Below, piece after piece: positions 52,334-60,920 of a stretch of 64,000 nt of DNA. This stretch comes from Deltaproteobacteria bacterium (GTDB lineage Bacteria; JAGRBM01; JAHCIT01), in the NCBI GenBank assembly GCA_026129095.1, contig JAHCIT010000009.1:1-64000 (forward strand), read 5' to 3'. Every line of letters begins with the position of its first letter. The first letter of the stretch is position 1. The translations under genes and the position numbers were made by a program. Under the pieces are notes generated by a model. That model worked only from the letters and a program-made list of their open reading frames with translations, ran no database searches and was not told where the DNA came from.

Positions 52334-54091
52334 GTGAAAGACGAAACCCGCCACCGCCTGTTCATCATCCTGTCGATGGCTGTTATTATTGGCTGGTATG
52401 CCTTGGTGGTACCACCGAGAAAGCCGGCACAGAGTCCCGTCAAGGACGACAAGACTGCCCCGACCACCCAAATTACCGATGCTCAACCGGTGCCTGCTGC
52501 CGGGGCACCCGATGATAGTTCAAGTTCCCCGGAGTCGCTTCAGCCGGTCACAGCTCTGGAGCGCGAAATACTTGTTGATACACAACTCTATACGGCCGTT
52601 GTTACCACCCAAGGCGGGATTCTCCGGCGGTTTGAACTCAAGTCGTATCAGTCGAATGACCGCTCAGGACTCAAGGATATTATCGACCAGTCGGTTGTTC
52701 ACCCTCCCCTGTTTGCCCGCATCCGAGGGCTCAAGGCGGCTGAACAGGGTGACCATTTACCTTACGTGTACGATGGCCCTTCCGAAATCATGCTGGCCGG
52801 AAAGACCGAAGAAGTCCGCCTGCCACTTCGTTACCGGGATTCAGCTGGCGTAGAAGTCCATAAGGATATCTTTTTCAGCCCGACGACTTACAGCGTCAGA
52901 GCAGAGTACCGGGTTATTGCACCTGCCGTCACTACCGCCAGAAAGTTCCAGCCCGTTTACGTCCTCGCACTCGATCATTCCAAGGCACCCAAAACATCGA
53001 CGGCACGCATGGGAACCCATGCAATCGTCGGTGCATCCGGCACTGATCGCCATGAGTTTGGCGCCCTCGCCGACAAGAGCATAAAAATCACCGATGATCC
53101 CCGCTTCGCCGGTTTCGAGGATCACTACTTCCTGACGGCAATTCTGCCGGAAAATCCCAAGCATTCGGCGCTGATCGCATCACGCACATCCCCTAGCCAG
53201 TGGGAGACCGCTGTGGAAGGTCCGGAATTGCTGGCTGGAACCGATGCCGCTACGGCCGAGGTCTCGGCGGTCCGGTACTATCTCGGACCTAAAACCGACG
53301 CGGCCCTGCTTGCTGTAGATCAAAAGCTGGAAGCAGCCATCAACTACGGATTTGGCCAGACTCTGATCAAGCCCATAGCGAAATTCCTGCTTCTGCTTCT
53401 CCGGATATTTCATGGCGTCGCAGGTGACTGGGGACTGGCCATCCTGATGCTCACAGTCATCGTCCGCGTTGCATTGTTCCCGCTCGCCATCAAGCAGTTT
53501 CACTCGATGCAGGCAATGGCGACACTCAAGCCGAAAATGGATGCACTCAAGGAGAAGTACAAAGACGACAAGGTGGCATTGAACCAGGCCACCATGGACC
53601 TGTTCCGGGAGCATAAGGTCAATCCGCTATCCGGCTGTCTTCCGATTCTTCCGCAGATACCGATATTCCTGGGGTTGTATGTCAGTCTGGATACCTCACT
53701 GGAACTCCGGCACGCCGCATTCCTGGGCACCTGGATCCAGGATCTGGCGATTCACGACCCATACTATGTTCTGCCGCTGATTACCTGCGCGACCATGGCG
53801 ATCTCCATGAAACTGACGCCTTCTCAAATGGACCCAATCCAGCAGAAAGTCATGATGATCATGCCCATCGTGATGTTTTTCCTGTTTATGAATATTGCTG
53901 CCGGACTGGTGCTCTACTGGAGCGCATCCAACGTGTTCTCGATTGGTCAGCAGCTTTATTTTAACGCCAGGAACAAGCGGCTCTCTGCCGCACGGGAGCA
54001 GGATCCATCAGCCCAGGTGGTGCCGACGACAGCCAAAGAGGTCTCCGGAGAACCGGCAGGCCCACGAAACCGCAAGAAACCGCGCCGCTGA
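52334..54091 (+). CDS. yidC: Membrane protein insertase YidC
   Basis: WGLAILMLT, NPLSGCLP, ELRHAAF, DPYYVLP and GLVLYW. Confidence 0.97.
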   Translation: MKDETRHRLFIILSMAVIIGWYALVVPPRKPAQSPVKDDKTAPTTQITDAQPVPAAGAPDDSSSSPESLQPVTALEREILVDTQLYTAVVTTQGGILRRFELKSYQSNDRSGLKDIIDQSVVHPPLFARIRGLKAAEQGDHLPYVYDGPSEIMLAGKTEEVRLPLRYRDSAGVEVHKDIFFSPTTYSVRAEYRVIAPAVTTARKFQPVYVLALDHSKAPKTSTARMGTHAIVGASGTDRHEFGALADKSIKITDDPRFAGFEDHYFLTAILPENPKHSALIASRTSPSQWETAVEGPELLAGTDAATAEVSAVRYYLGPKTDAALLAVDQKLEAAINYGFGQTLIKPIAKFLLLLLRIFHGVAGDWGLAILMLTVIVRVALFPLAIKQFHSMQAMATLKPKMDALKEKYKDDKVALNQATMDLFREHKVNPLSGCLPILPQIPIFLGLYVSLDTSLELRHAAFLGTWIQDLAIHDPYYVLPLITCATMAISMKLTPSQMDPIQQKVMMIMPIVMFFLFMNIAAGLVLYWSASNVFSIGQQLYFNARNKRLSAAREQDPSAQVVPTTAKEVSGEPAGPRNRKKPRR

Positions 54092-54170
54092 CCGTACGAG
54101 ACATCAGCGAATACAGAACTCAAAGGAAAGGGACGGCAAGCAGCCGTCAGGGAGCAAAGGAACAAAGAAA

Positions 54171-55205
54171 ATGAGCAACGAATACCAGGAATTCCGGGGC
54201 AAGAATCTGAATGAAATTCTCGAACGTATCGGGAATCTCTGGAACTGTACGCTGAATGGAATTGACTACGAACTTGTACGTGAAGGATCCCGGGGCGTCA
54301 TGGGACTCGGCGCCCGCGACGTAGTGATCCGCGCCCGCCGGATCGAACCGCTGGATGACGATGCCTCGCAGGAAGAACGTGCCAGCGGCGCCCCCACGCC
54401 AAGCGAACCAAAGGATTTTTCACCGCAACCGGACGGGAATACACGGCGTCAGGACCGTGGACGCGGACGCGGCCGGGAACGGGGCAACGAGCGCGGAAAT
54501 GACTGGGGCAATGAGCGCCCTCCCCGCCGTGATGCACAGAATATCCGCAACGACCGTCCTCCCCGTGATGAGCGCGACGAAGAGCGGCCCCAGCAGCCGG
54601 AGCGGAAATACGTGCGTCCGGAGGTCACTCCTCTTCCTGCCGAAGCCCTTGAAAAGGCGAAGCAGGTGGCCGAGCGGCTCGCCCGTTATCTCGCTCCGGA
54701 AACAACCATTGAAATCCGGCCGGGCAATGTCCTTGAGCTGATCAGCGAAAACGGCGCACTCCTTATCGGCCGGCACGGCCAGACCCTCGACGCCATCCAG
54801 TATCTCGTGAACAAGATATCCTCACGCGGCGTCGAGCTGCCGGCAGACACCTACATCATCGTGGATACCGAAGGGTACCGTGAACGCCGCGAACAGGCCT
54901 TGTTCAGACTGGCCATCCGGCTCGCCCAGAAGGCCCGCCAGTCAGGCCGGCTCCAGTCCGTTGAGCCCATGCCGGCCCATGAGCGCCGGATCATCCATGT
55001 GACGCTTCAGGACGAACCTGAAGTCCGGACGGAGAGCCTTGGGGACGGTGACCTGAAACGGGTTGTCGTGGTTCCCGCTCGCCGGGCGGGCGGTAGCGAC
55101 CGGGGACCGGGTCCGCAGGGACCTGGCCGCAATCGGGGCAACCGCCGCCGGCGCGGACGTGGCCGGGGCCCGCGTCCATCAGGTGGAAGTCCCAGCGGCG
55201 AATAG
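54171..55205 (+). CDS. jag: Jag/EloR RNA-binding protein (Jag_N, KH, R3H)
   Basis: LIGRHGQTLDAIQYL (KH) and ERRIIH (R3H). Start ATG 54171. Confidence 0.93.
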   Translation: MSNEYQEFRGKNLNEILERIGNLWNCTLNGIDYELVREGSRGVMGLGARDVVIRARRIEPLDDDASQEERASGAPTPSEPKDFSPQPDGNTRRQDRGRGRGRERGNERGNDWGNERPPRRDAQNIRNDRPPRDERDEERPQQPERKYVRPEVTPLPAEALEKAKQVAERLARYLAPETTIEIRPGNVLELISENGALLIGRHGQTLDAIQYLVNKISSRGVELPADTYIIVDTEGYRERREQALFRLAIRLAQKARQSGRLQSVEPMPAHERRIIHVTLQDEPEVRTESLGDGDLKRVVVVPARRAGGSDRGPGPQGPGRNRGNRRRRGRGRGPRPSGGSPSGE

Positions 55206-55232
55206 TCCACGCCCCATTTACCTCTCAACTAT

Positions 55233-55278
55233 GGCACCGCTTTCACAGCGGTGCCCGGCTCCGCTTTCCTGCGAGCGG
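55233..55278 (+). terminator. Tandem hairpins after jag (possible terminator/processing site)
   Basis: GGCACCGCT-TTCAC-AGCGGTGCC (9-bp stem), then CCGCT-N8-AGCGG. No clear U-tract. Confidence 0.35.
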
Positions 55279-55384
55279 TACAGATATATTACCGGCCGGT
55301 TTTACACCGGCATTCGGATGCGTGTAATATTTCACAATGCTGGCATGCGCAGGGTGAGTACCATTGGCTCTGGCGCACTCTGGA

Positions 55385-56320
55385 ATGATTGCTCCGGAAA
55401 CCGGAGCAGATTCCATTGTCAGCGGCCGGGGGCGGTCCTGGATAGTGCCGACAGTAATTTCCAGTAAGCAGACCTACATCACGCGGAGTCCGGATGGTCT
55501 CATGATCGGTCCGGTCAGCCGCCGGGTGGTGGTCGAGCTGATTCGCGATCGCAAGGTCTCCGTAGGGCATACGTTTTCTGTCGACGGAGGGCCACAGGTT
55601 CCCATTTACGAAGACGACGAATTCCGGCAATACCTCTCCAAGTTCGGTCCCGTTCCCGCAAAAGGCGGTGCCGCGGCTGCCGATAAGCCGGTGGCTCCGG
55701 CCGGACCCCGTCCTTCGGCAGCTGCTGCACCCGCGGTTTCGGTCCCACCCGTTGTCTCTGAGCAAACCCAGCATGATCTGGAAATGCTTGACGACGAGGA
55801 TGATGACGATGACGACAGCGATTTCACCCTGAGTTTTCACGAAGTAAAGGACGTCGTACTCAGCCTGAGCCGGCAGCGCCAGAAGCTGGAAGACGACGAA
55901 GGAGTGCTCGAAACCCTTGATGACGTGCCCCTGGCCGAGATCGTCTCCGCAGATGACGAGGATGTCGTCGCCATAGGTGACGAGATGGAGCTCCCGCCTG
56001 ACGAAGTGTTTGAGGAAGTCGAAGTGCTGGAACTGGAAGCCGCTGAGACTGGACCGGTCCGGCAGGCCGCCAAAGTACCGACCTCGGGCCGCGCCCGGCT
56101 CAAGGCGGAGCTGACCAACCCCAGTAATCGCTACAAGATCCAGAACCCCGATGGCCTGATGCTGGGACCGGTCCGGATCCCTACAGTCCGGGATCTTGTG
56201 GAAGCCGGTGCCATTGATCGCCGGGCAAAAATCTCAAAAAACGACGGGCCCTATGTGGATGCCTGGAGCCTGCCAGAGGTACGCTTCCTGATCGTCCGGC
56301 TCAGCCAGAAAAAAGGCTAG
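55385..56320 (+). CDS. Hypothetical protein: two GYF_2-like domains joined by an acidic linker
   Basis: Repeated Y...PDGLM.GPV motif at both ends, with a D/E-rich middle. Start uncertain. Confidence 0.6.
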   Translation: MIAPETGADSIVSGRGRSWIVPTVISSKQTYITRSPDGLMIGPVSRRVVVELIRDRKVSVGHTFSVDGGPQVPIYEDDEFRQYLSKFGPVPAKGGAAAADKPVAPAGPRPSAAAAPAVSVPPVVSEQTQHDLEMLDDEDDDDDDSDFTLSFHEVKDVVLSLSRQRQKLEDDEGVLETLDDVPLAEIVSADDEDVVAIGDEMELPPDEVFEEVEVLELEAAETGPVRQAAKVPTSGRARLKAELTNPSNRYKIQNPDGLMLGPVRIPTVRDLVEAGAIDRRAKISKNDGPYVDAWSLPEVRFLIVRLSQKKG

Positions 56321-56347
56321 GTCTTTCCCGCGACGCTTGCGCCGGTT

Positions 56348-56851
56348 TTACTTCTCTATCTTGACCTTGCTGATCGTCACCGGTGTGACCGGCCGGTCAC
56401 CGGGACCAGTTGGCGTCTTGGATATCTTCATCACGACATCCAGGCCATCCGTCACCTCGCCGAATATCGCATGCTTGCCATCCAGCCAGGCGGTCGGTGC
56501 AACCGTAATGAAGAACTGGGATCCATTTGTATTCGGCCCCGCGTTCGCCATGGACAACATTCCCGGTTTGGAGTGCTTGAGCGACGGGTGGAACTCGTCC
56601 GCAAACCGGTAGCCCGGACCGCCCCGTCCGCTGCCTTCCGGGCAACCGCCCTGGAGCATGAACCCGTCAATCACGCGATGAAAGACGAGGCCATCATAAA
56701 AGGGCTTGTTCTTCTGGACCTGGCCCTTGGGATCGGTCCACTCCTTGCTGCCCGTGGCCAAGCCAACGAAATTCGCAACGGTATTGGGCGCCTTGTCGTC
56801 AAAAAGCCTGATGGTGAAATCGCCCATCGATGTCTCAAATACTGCGTTCAT
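56348..56851 (-). CDS. ppiA: Cyclophilin-type peptidyl-prolyl isomerase
   Basis: APNTVANF, FHRVIDGFMLQGG, SMANAGPNTNGSQFFIT and WLDGKH. Confidence 0.95.
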   Translation of the reverse strand: MNAVFETSMGDFTIRLFDDKAPNTVANFVGLATGSKEWTDPKGQVQKNKPFYDGLVFHRVIDGFMLQGGCPEGSGRGGPGYRFADEFHPSLKHSKPGMLSMANAGPNTNGSQFFITVAPTAWLDGKHAIFGEVTDGLDVVMKISKTPTGPGDRPVTPVTISKVKIEK

Positions 56852-57017
56852 GCATAATCCCTTCTGGCACGGAAACCTTGAGACAGGAAGCTACCACACC
56901 CGGCCGGGCTGGCAACAAGTTACGCCCCGATTTTGCGTTTGATATCGACAGGAAGCCTCCGGCGGATAATAATAGCCGCGCCATCTGGCCATATATTTCC
57001 GGAACTGGAGTACTCCT

Positions 57018-57581
57018 ATGGGACTCATGGTCACCGTCCTGATTATTGCCTTTCCACTCATCATTGGAATCGTCATTTTCAATTCGCTGGTTGCCCTCCG
57101 GGCACAGGCACGTAACGGATGGGCCCAGATCGACGTCCAGCTGAAGCGCCGGGCAGATCTCGTTCCCAATCTCGTGGAAAGCGTCAAAGGCGCCATGAGC
57201 CATGAACGGGAGACGCTGGAGAATGTGGTCCGGCTCCGGAATCAGGCGGTCGCTCTCCAGAAAGACGGTGACACTCCCGAACGGATACAGGCCGAAGGTG
57301 CCCTCTCGACAGCGCTTGGACGATTGTTCGCGCTCATGGAAAACTATCCCGACATCAAGGCAACCCAGAATATCGCCGCCCTTCAGGAAGAGCTCACCAG
57401 CACCGAAAACCGGATCGGCTTCGCACGCCAGCACTATAACGACGTCGCCACCAGCTTTAACGCCCGGATAGAGCAGATACCGGCCAATATTGTGGCCTCA
57501 ATAGCCGGCATGACAGGTTTTCCACTCTGGGCGATTGAAGACGCGGCCGACCGCGCCGCGCCCAGGGTTGCGCTCAGGTGA
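57018..57581 (+). CDS. lemA: LemA family protein
   Basis: WAQIDVQLKRRADLVPNLV, ENYPDIKA and ENRIGFARQHYN. Confidence 0.95.
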   Translation: MGLMVTVLIIAFPLIIGIVIFNSLVALRAQARNGWAQIDVQLKRRADLVPNLVESVKGAMSHERETLENVVRLRNQAVALQKDGDTPERIQAEGALSTALGRLFALMENYPDIKATQNIAALQEELTSTENRIGFARQHYNDVATSFNARIEQIPANIVASIAGMTGFPLWAIEDAADRAAPRVALR

Positions 57582-58708
57582 ACTTTCACGCAGCCCAGAC
57601 ACTGAACCGCAAGCGTACGATCTGGCTGGTCATCATTCTGACCGGGCTGCTTGTGGCCACAGCCTGGGTCTTGAATGCCTGGATACTGGGTGATTTCTTA
57701 GCTTTCTTTGGTGGCTTTGGTTCGGGATGTGGTGGCACTGGCGGTTTCAGTTCGCTCGATCACATGCCGCCGGAACTGGCACGTCAACTCGGTGAAGGAC
57801 AGGGGGCTTCATGCCAGCCCTCCAGCCTGCCGTTCATCCTGACGCCTGCAGGGACGGCGATGGCCGCCCTCCTTTTTGCCGTGGGCACTGCCAGCTTCAG
57901 TTACTACTGGGGGGACCGGGCCGTCCTGTATGTTTCCAGTGCACGGCCAGCAAACCCCGCAGAACTCAAGGAAAAGCAGTTCATCAACGTCGCCGAGGAA
58001 ATGTCCATTGCCGCCGGCCTCCCCCTGCCTACCCTATGGATCTTGCCGGATACCGATCTCAATGCATTTGCAACCGGACGTGATCCCGCACGGTCCGCTA
58101 TCGCCGTGACCGAGGGGCTTCTAGACCAGCTGAGCCGTGACGAACTGCAGGCCGTGGTCGCCCACGAAATGGGCCATATACGGAACCGTGACACCCTGCT
58201 GCTTCTGTTCGTTACCTGCATGCTGGGAGTCATTCTTCTCCTGACCGAACTCATGGTACGTGGAGCCCGCCACCGGGTGGCGGTTTCGGGCGGACGGGGA
58301 GGCAAGGCGGCCATCTGGGTGGCGGTGGCCACCATCACCATCTGGTTTGTGGGGAGATTCTTTGCGCGGATCGCTGCCATGGCAGTCTCCCGGGAACGCG
58401 AGTACCTGGCAGATGCCACTTCTGCCGAACTGACACGCAATCCGCAGGCCCTTTCCAGCGCTTTGCAGAAAATCCATGCCTCAGTTGAACCCACCCGGCT
58501 GTCGCATCCGGCCACCGCGCCGATGTTTATTGACGATCCCCGTGGATCAAAACTGAATGAAAAGGAGTCGCGCTGGGCCGCCCTCATGTCAACCCATCCG
58601 CCTATCGCCAGCAGGGTCCGGCGTCTCGATGCAATGGCATTCGCACGGGTCAAGCGTGAACGGATGGATGCGGGGCTTGATCCCTTGACGGGAAAGTCCG
58701 AAACCTGA
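57578..58708 (+). CDS. htpX: M48 zinc metalloprotease (HtpX-like)
   Basis: NAFATG, AHEMGH, SREREYLAD and STHPP; 4-bp overlap with lemA. Confidence 0.88.
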   Translation: MNFHAAQTLNRKRTIWLVIILTGLLVATAWVLNAWILGDFLAFFGGFGSGCGGTGGFSSLDHMPPELARQLGEGQGASCQPSSLPFILTPAGTAMAALLFAVGTASFSYYWGDRAVLYVSSARPANPAELKEKQFINVAEEMSIAAGLPLPTLWILPDTDLNAFATGRDPARSAIAVTEGLLDQLSRDELQAVVAHEMGHIRNRDTLLLLFVTCMLGVILLLTELMVRGARHRVAVSGGRGGKAAIWVAVATITIWFVGRFFARIAAMAVSREREYLADATSAELTRNPQALSSALQKIHASVEPTRLSHPATAPMFIDDPRGSKLNEKESRWAALMSTHPPIASRVRRLDAMAFARVKRERMDAGLDPLTGKSET

Positions 58709-58711
58709 AGC

Positions 58712-60007
58712 CTATCGTCCCGCCCGGCTGACACGAATAACGTATAGCGTGCCCTTGTTGTCCACCACCGCCAGCAACCCCCGCTCCAGATCGGAGCCAA
58801 GGTACCCCCACAGGGCCCCACGCGCTTCGCGCGTCGAGACAAGCTGCCCTGTTTCAGGGTCATAGAACCGGATATCGCCGTTGCTGCGGGGAACGGCGAT
58901 GAGTCCTTCAATCACAACCGGCTGTCCGAAAATACCATCGGGACGCTGGTTGCAGTCCAGACTCCAGATGAAAAACATCTTGAAGTAGTCCCATTTACCG
59001 CATGGCCGGAACCGGAAAGGCTCGGCGAGCCATCTTTCTGTCCCATCAAGACTCCATGCCTTCAACTCACCGTTCTGGTTTCCCGCGGCGACAATGCCGG
59101 CAGCCGGATCAACCGCCGCGCCGCTGGTCGCCTTGAAATCCTTCTGCCAGAGCACGATCCCGTCGTCATCGCGAATCCGGCCGATCAACCGGGAGGCGGT
59201 CGTGAAGTAACTGGATCCCAGATAGTTCCCCATATGGAAGTCGGTGTCATAAAGATCTATGCCTCGTCCGGCAATTCCGCGTTTTGCCAGTTCCCGTGAC
59301 CAGAGGACTTTTCCGGTAGATGCCTGCACGGCAACTACCCGCGCATCCCAGCGGCCATAAACGAGCTGGTCGAAGCCGGTAAGTGTCACTCCCGCCGCCC
59401 CACGAACGGTGGGACGTCCGTCAAGCAACGCCTCGCCGGGAAGCGTCCAGAGAACATCTCCCTGCTCAATATCGACGGCATACAGGGAGCCATCAACCAC
59501 CGGCACGAATGCACGATTTTCATGAACGACGATCCTGCCGTTCACCGGAGCATTGACCTGGAATTTCCACCGGGTTTCACCCGACTTGCGATCGAGCCCC
59601 GCGACCCAGCCGGCCAGTGAACCTGTCACGACCGTCTCGCCGGCTACGCCAGCCCGGCCCGCCAGCGGACCAATGCCAGGATCCACCGACCATCTCCGCT
59701 TCCCCGTCTCTGCTTCATATGCGCGGAACACACCACTGGATGTCCCAACCAGAAGATCCTCACCGGCAAAAAGTGGTTCTGACGCTTCTCCAGCCGGGAA
59801 CCAGTGGTACTGAAGGTCGGACGGAACGACTCCAAGCCACATTTCCCTGACCTTCAGGCCCTGTTCGACCGGCAGTTGTGCGGTCCAGAGAATGTCAATA
59901 CTGTACCGAGACCGGTACGCCCGCTCGACTTCGATCCCGCTCAGGCCATCAACAAAGGCGCAGCCACCCGCAGCAATTACAGCAACGAAAACCAGAATTG
60001 CGCGCAC
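58712..60007 (-). CDS. PQQ-like beta-propeller lipoprotein (BamB-like)
   Basis: AGGC lipobox and repeated A-x-D/E-x-x-T/S-G-x-x-x-W blades; follows the YfgM-like gene. Confidence 0.75.
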   Translation of the reverse strand: MRAILVFVAVIAAGGCAFVDGLSGIEVERAYRSRYSIDILWTAQLPVEQGLKVREMWLGVVPSDLQYHWFPAGEASEPLFAGEDLLVGTSSGVFRAYEAETGKRRWSVDPGIGPLAGRAGVAGETVVTGSLAGWVAGLDRKSGETRWKFQVNAPVNGRIVVHENRAFVPVVDGSLYAVDIEQGDVLWTLPGEALLDGRPTVRGAAGVTLTGFDQLVYGRWDARVVAVQASTGKVLWSRELAKRGIAGRGIDLYDTDFHMGNYLGSSYFTTASRLIGRIRDDDGIVLWQKDFKATSGAAVDPAAGIVAAGNQNGELKAWSLDGTERWLAEPFRFRPCGKWDYFKMFFIWSLDCNQRPDGIFGQPVVIEGLIAVPRSNGDIRFYDPETGQLVSTREARGALWGYLGSDLERGLLAVVDNKGTLYVIRVSRAGR

Positions 60008-60020
60008 AAGGTCCGCTCTG

Positions 60021-60821
60021 TTACCGGTTACCGGCCGCTGACTGACTGGAGTTCAACTCGTCCAGAAGAAAACCGACGCCATGCTCTTCCGCATATTGCG
60101 GCTCGGTATTGCGAAGTTCTTCCAGAATTGAACGTGCATCCGAGGCCATGCCCGCAGCCCTGAAATTAAGGGCAGCCTGATACAGGGCCTGCGACTTGAG
60201 CACCGCATCTCCGCCACTCTTGGCCACAGCCCGGAATGCCGCCCCTGCCTCGGCGTATTTCCCGGCCTCCGACAATGCGGCGGCACGGGTGTATCCGGCC
60301 AGCGCGCCGACCGGCTCCCACGCAGGCCTCGCCTGCTCAATCTTCGCAAAAGCGGCTGCTGCCTCGTCGGGCTGGTTCACCTCCAGCTTCGTTACCGCAG
60401 AGTAGAAGGCACCCATGAGTTCCGGGCCCCGTGGCTTCACATTGGCCACGGCATCGGCACCGAGCTGTTCCTGTACTGCCCGCGCCCGCGCTTCACGGTT
60501 TTCATAGCGCTTGGCATTGGTTCCACCCTTGGCCGCCGCCTGAAGTTCCTCCAGCGAAGCAAAGCCGGTTTCCACGCCGATCGGCCGCCGGTAGACCGCA
60601 ATAGCCCGGTCCACCTGCTCAAACGAGTTACGGGCGGCGGAGTCCGCCATCCGGTCGTAGAAAATCCATCCAAGTACCACGATGATGATGCCACCGAGCA
60701 CGGCTGCCGTGAGAATGACATTCTGTTCAAGCCACAGAAGCATTTTGTCCCCCAGACTATCAGGGGTGATCGTTGTGCGAACCTGTACGGTGCCGGATGG
60801 CTGGGTCTGCTGATTGGCCAC
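60021..60821 (-). CDS. Membrane-anchored TPR protein (YfgM-like)
   Basis: WLEQN plus a single TM helix, then Ala-rich TPR-like helices. Confidence 0.7.
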   Translation of the reverse strand: MANQQTQPSGTVQVRTTITPDSLGDKMLLWLEQNVILTAAVLGGIIIVVLGWIFYDRMADSAARNSFEQVDRAIAVYRRPIGVETGFASLEELQAAAKGGTNAKRYENREARARAVQEQLGADAVANVKPRGPELMGAFYSAVTKLEVNQPDEAAAAFAKIEQARPAWEPVGALAGYTRAAALSEAGKYAEAGAAFRAVAKSGGDAVLKSQALYQAALNFRAAGMASDARSILEELRNTEPQYAEEHGVGFLLDELNSSQSAAGNR

Positions 60822-60920
60822 GGTAAACTGGTCTCCTTGGAAAATCCCCGCCTCTTAAATAGGGCAGGCGCGGTTATTAGGCCACAACCTGTGGCAAGTT
60901 CAATATGGGGTTCCCGGACC

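Noticed and set aside
53895-54170. N-terminal extension of Jag in the ORF track
   Set aside because: It overlaps yidC; ATG 54171 has an upstream AAGGA and begins the Jag_N-like region.
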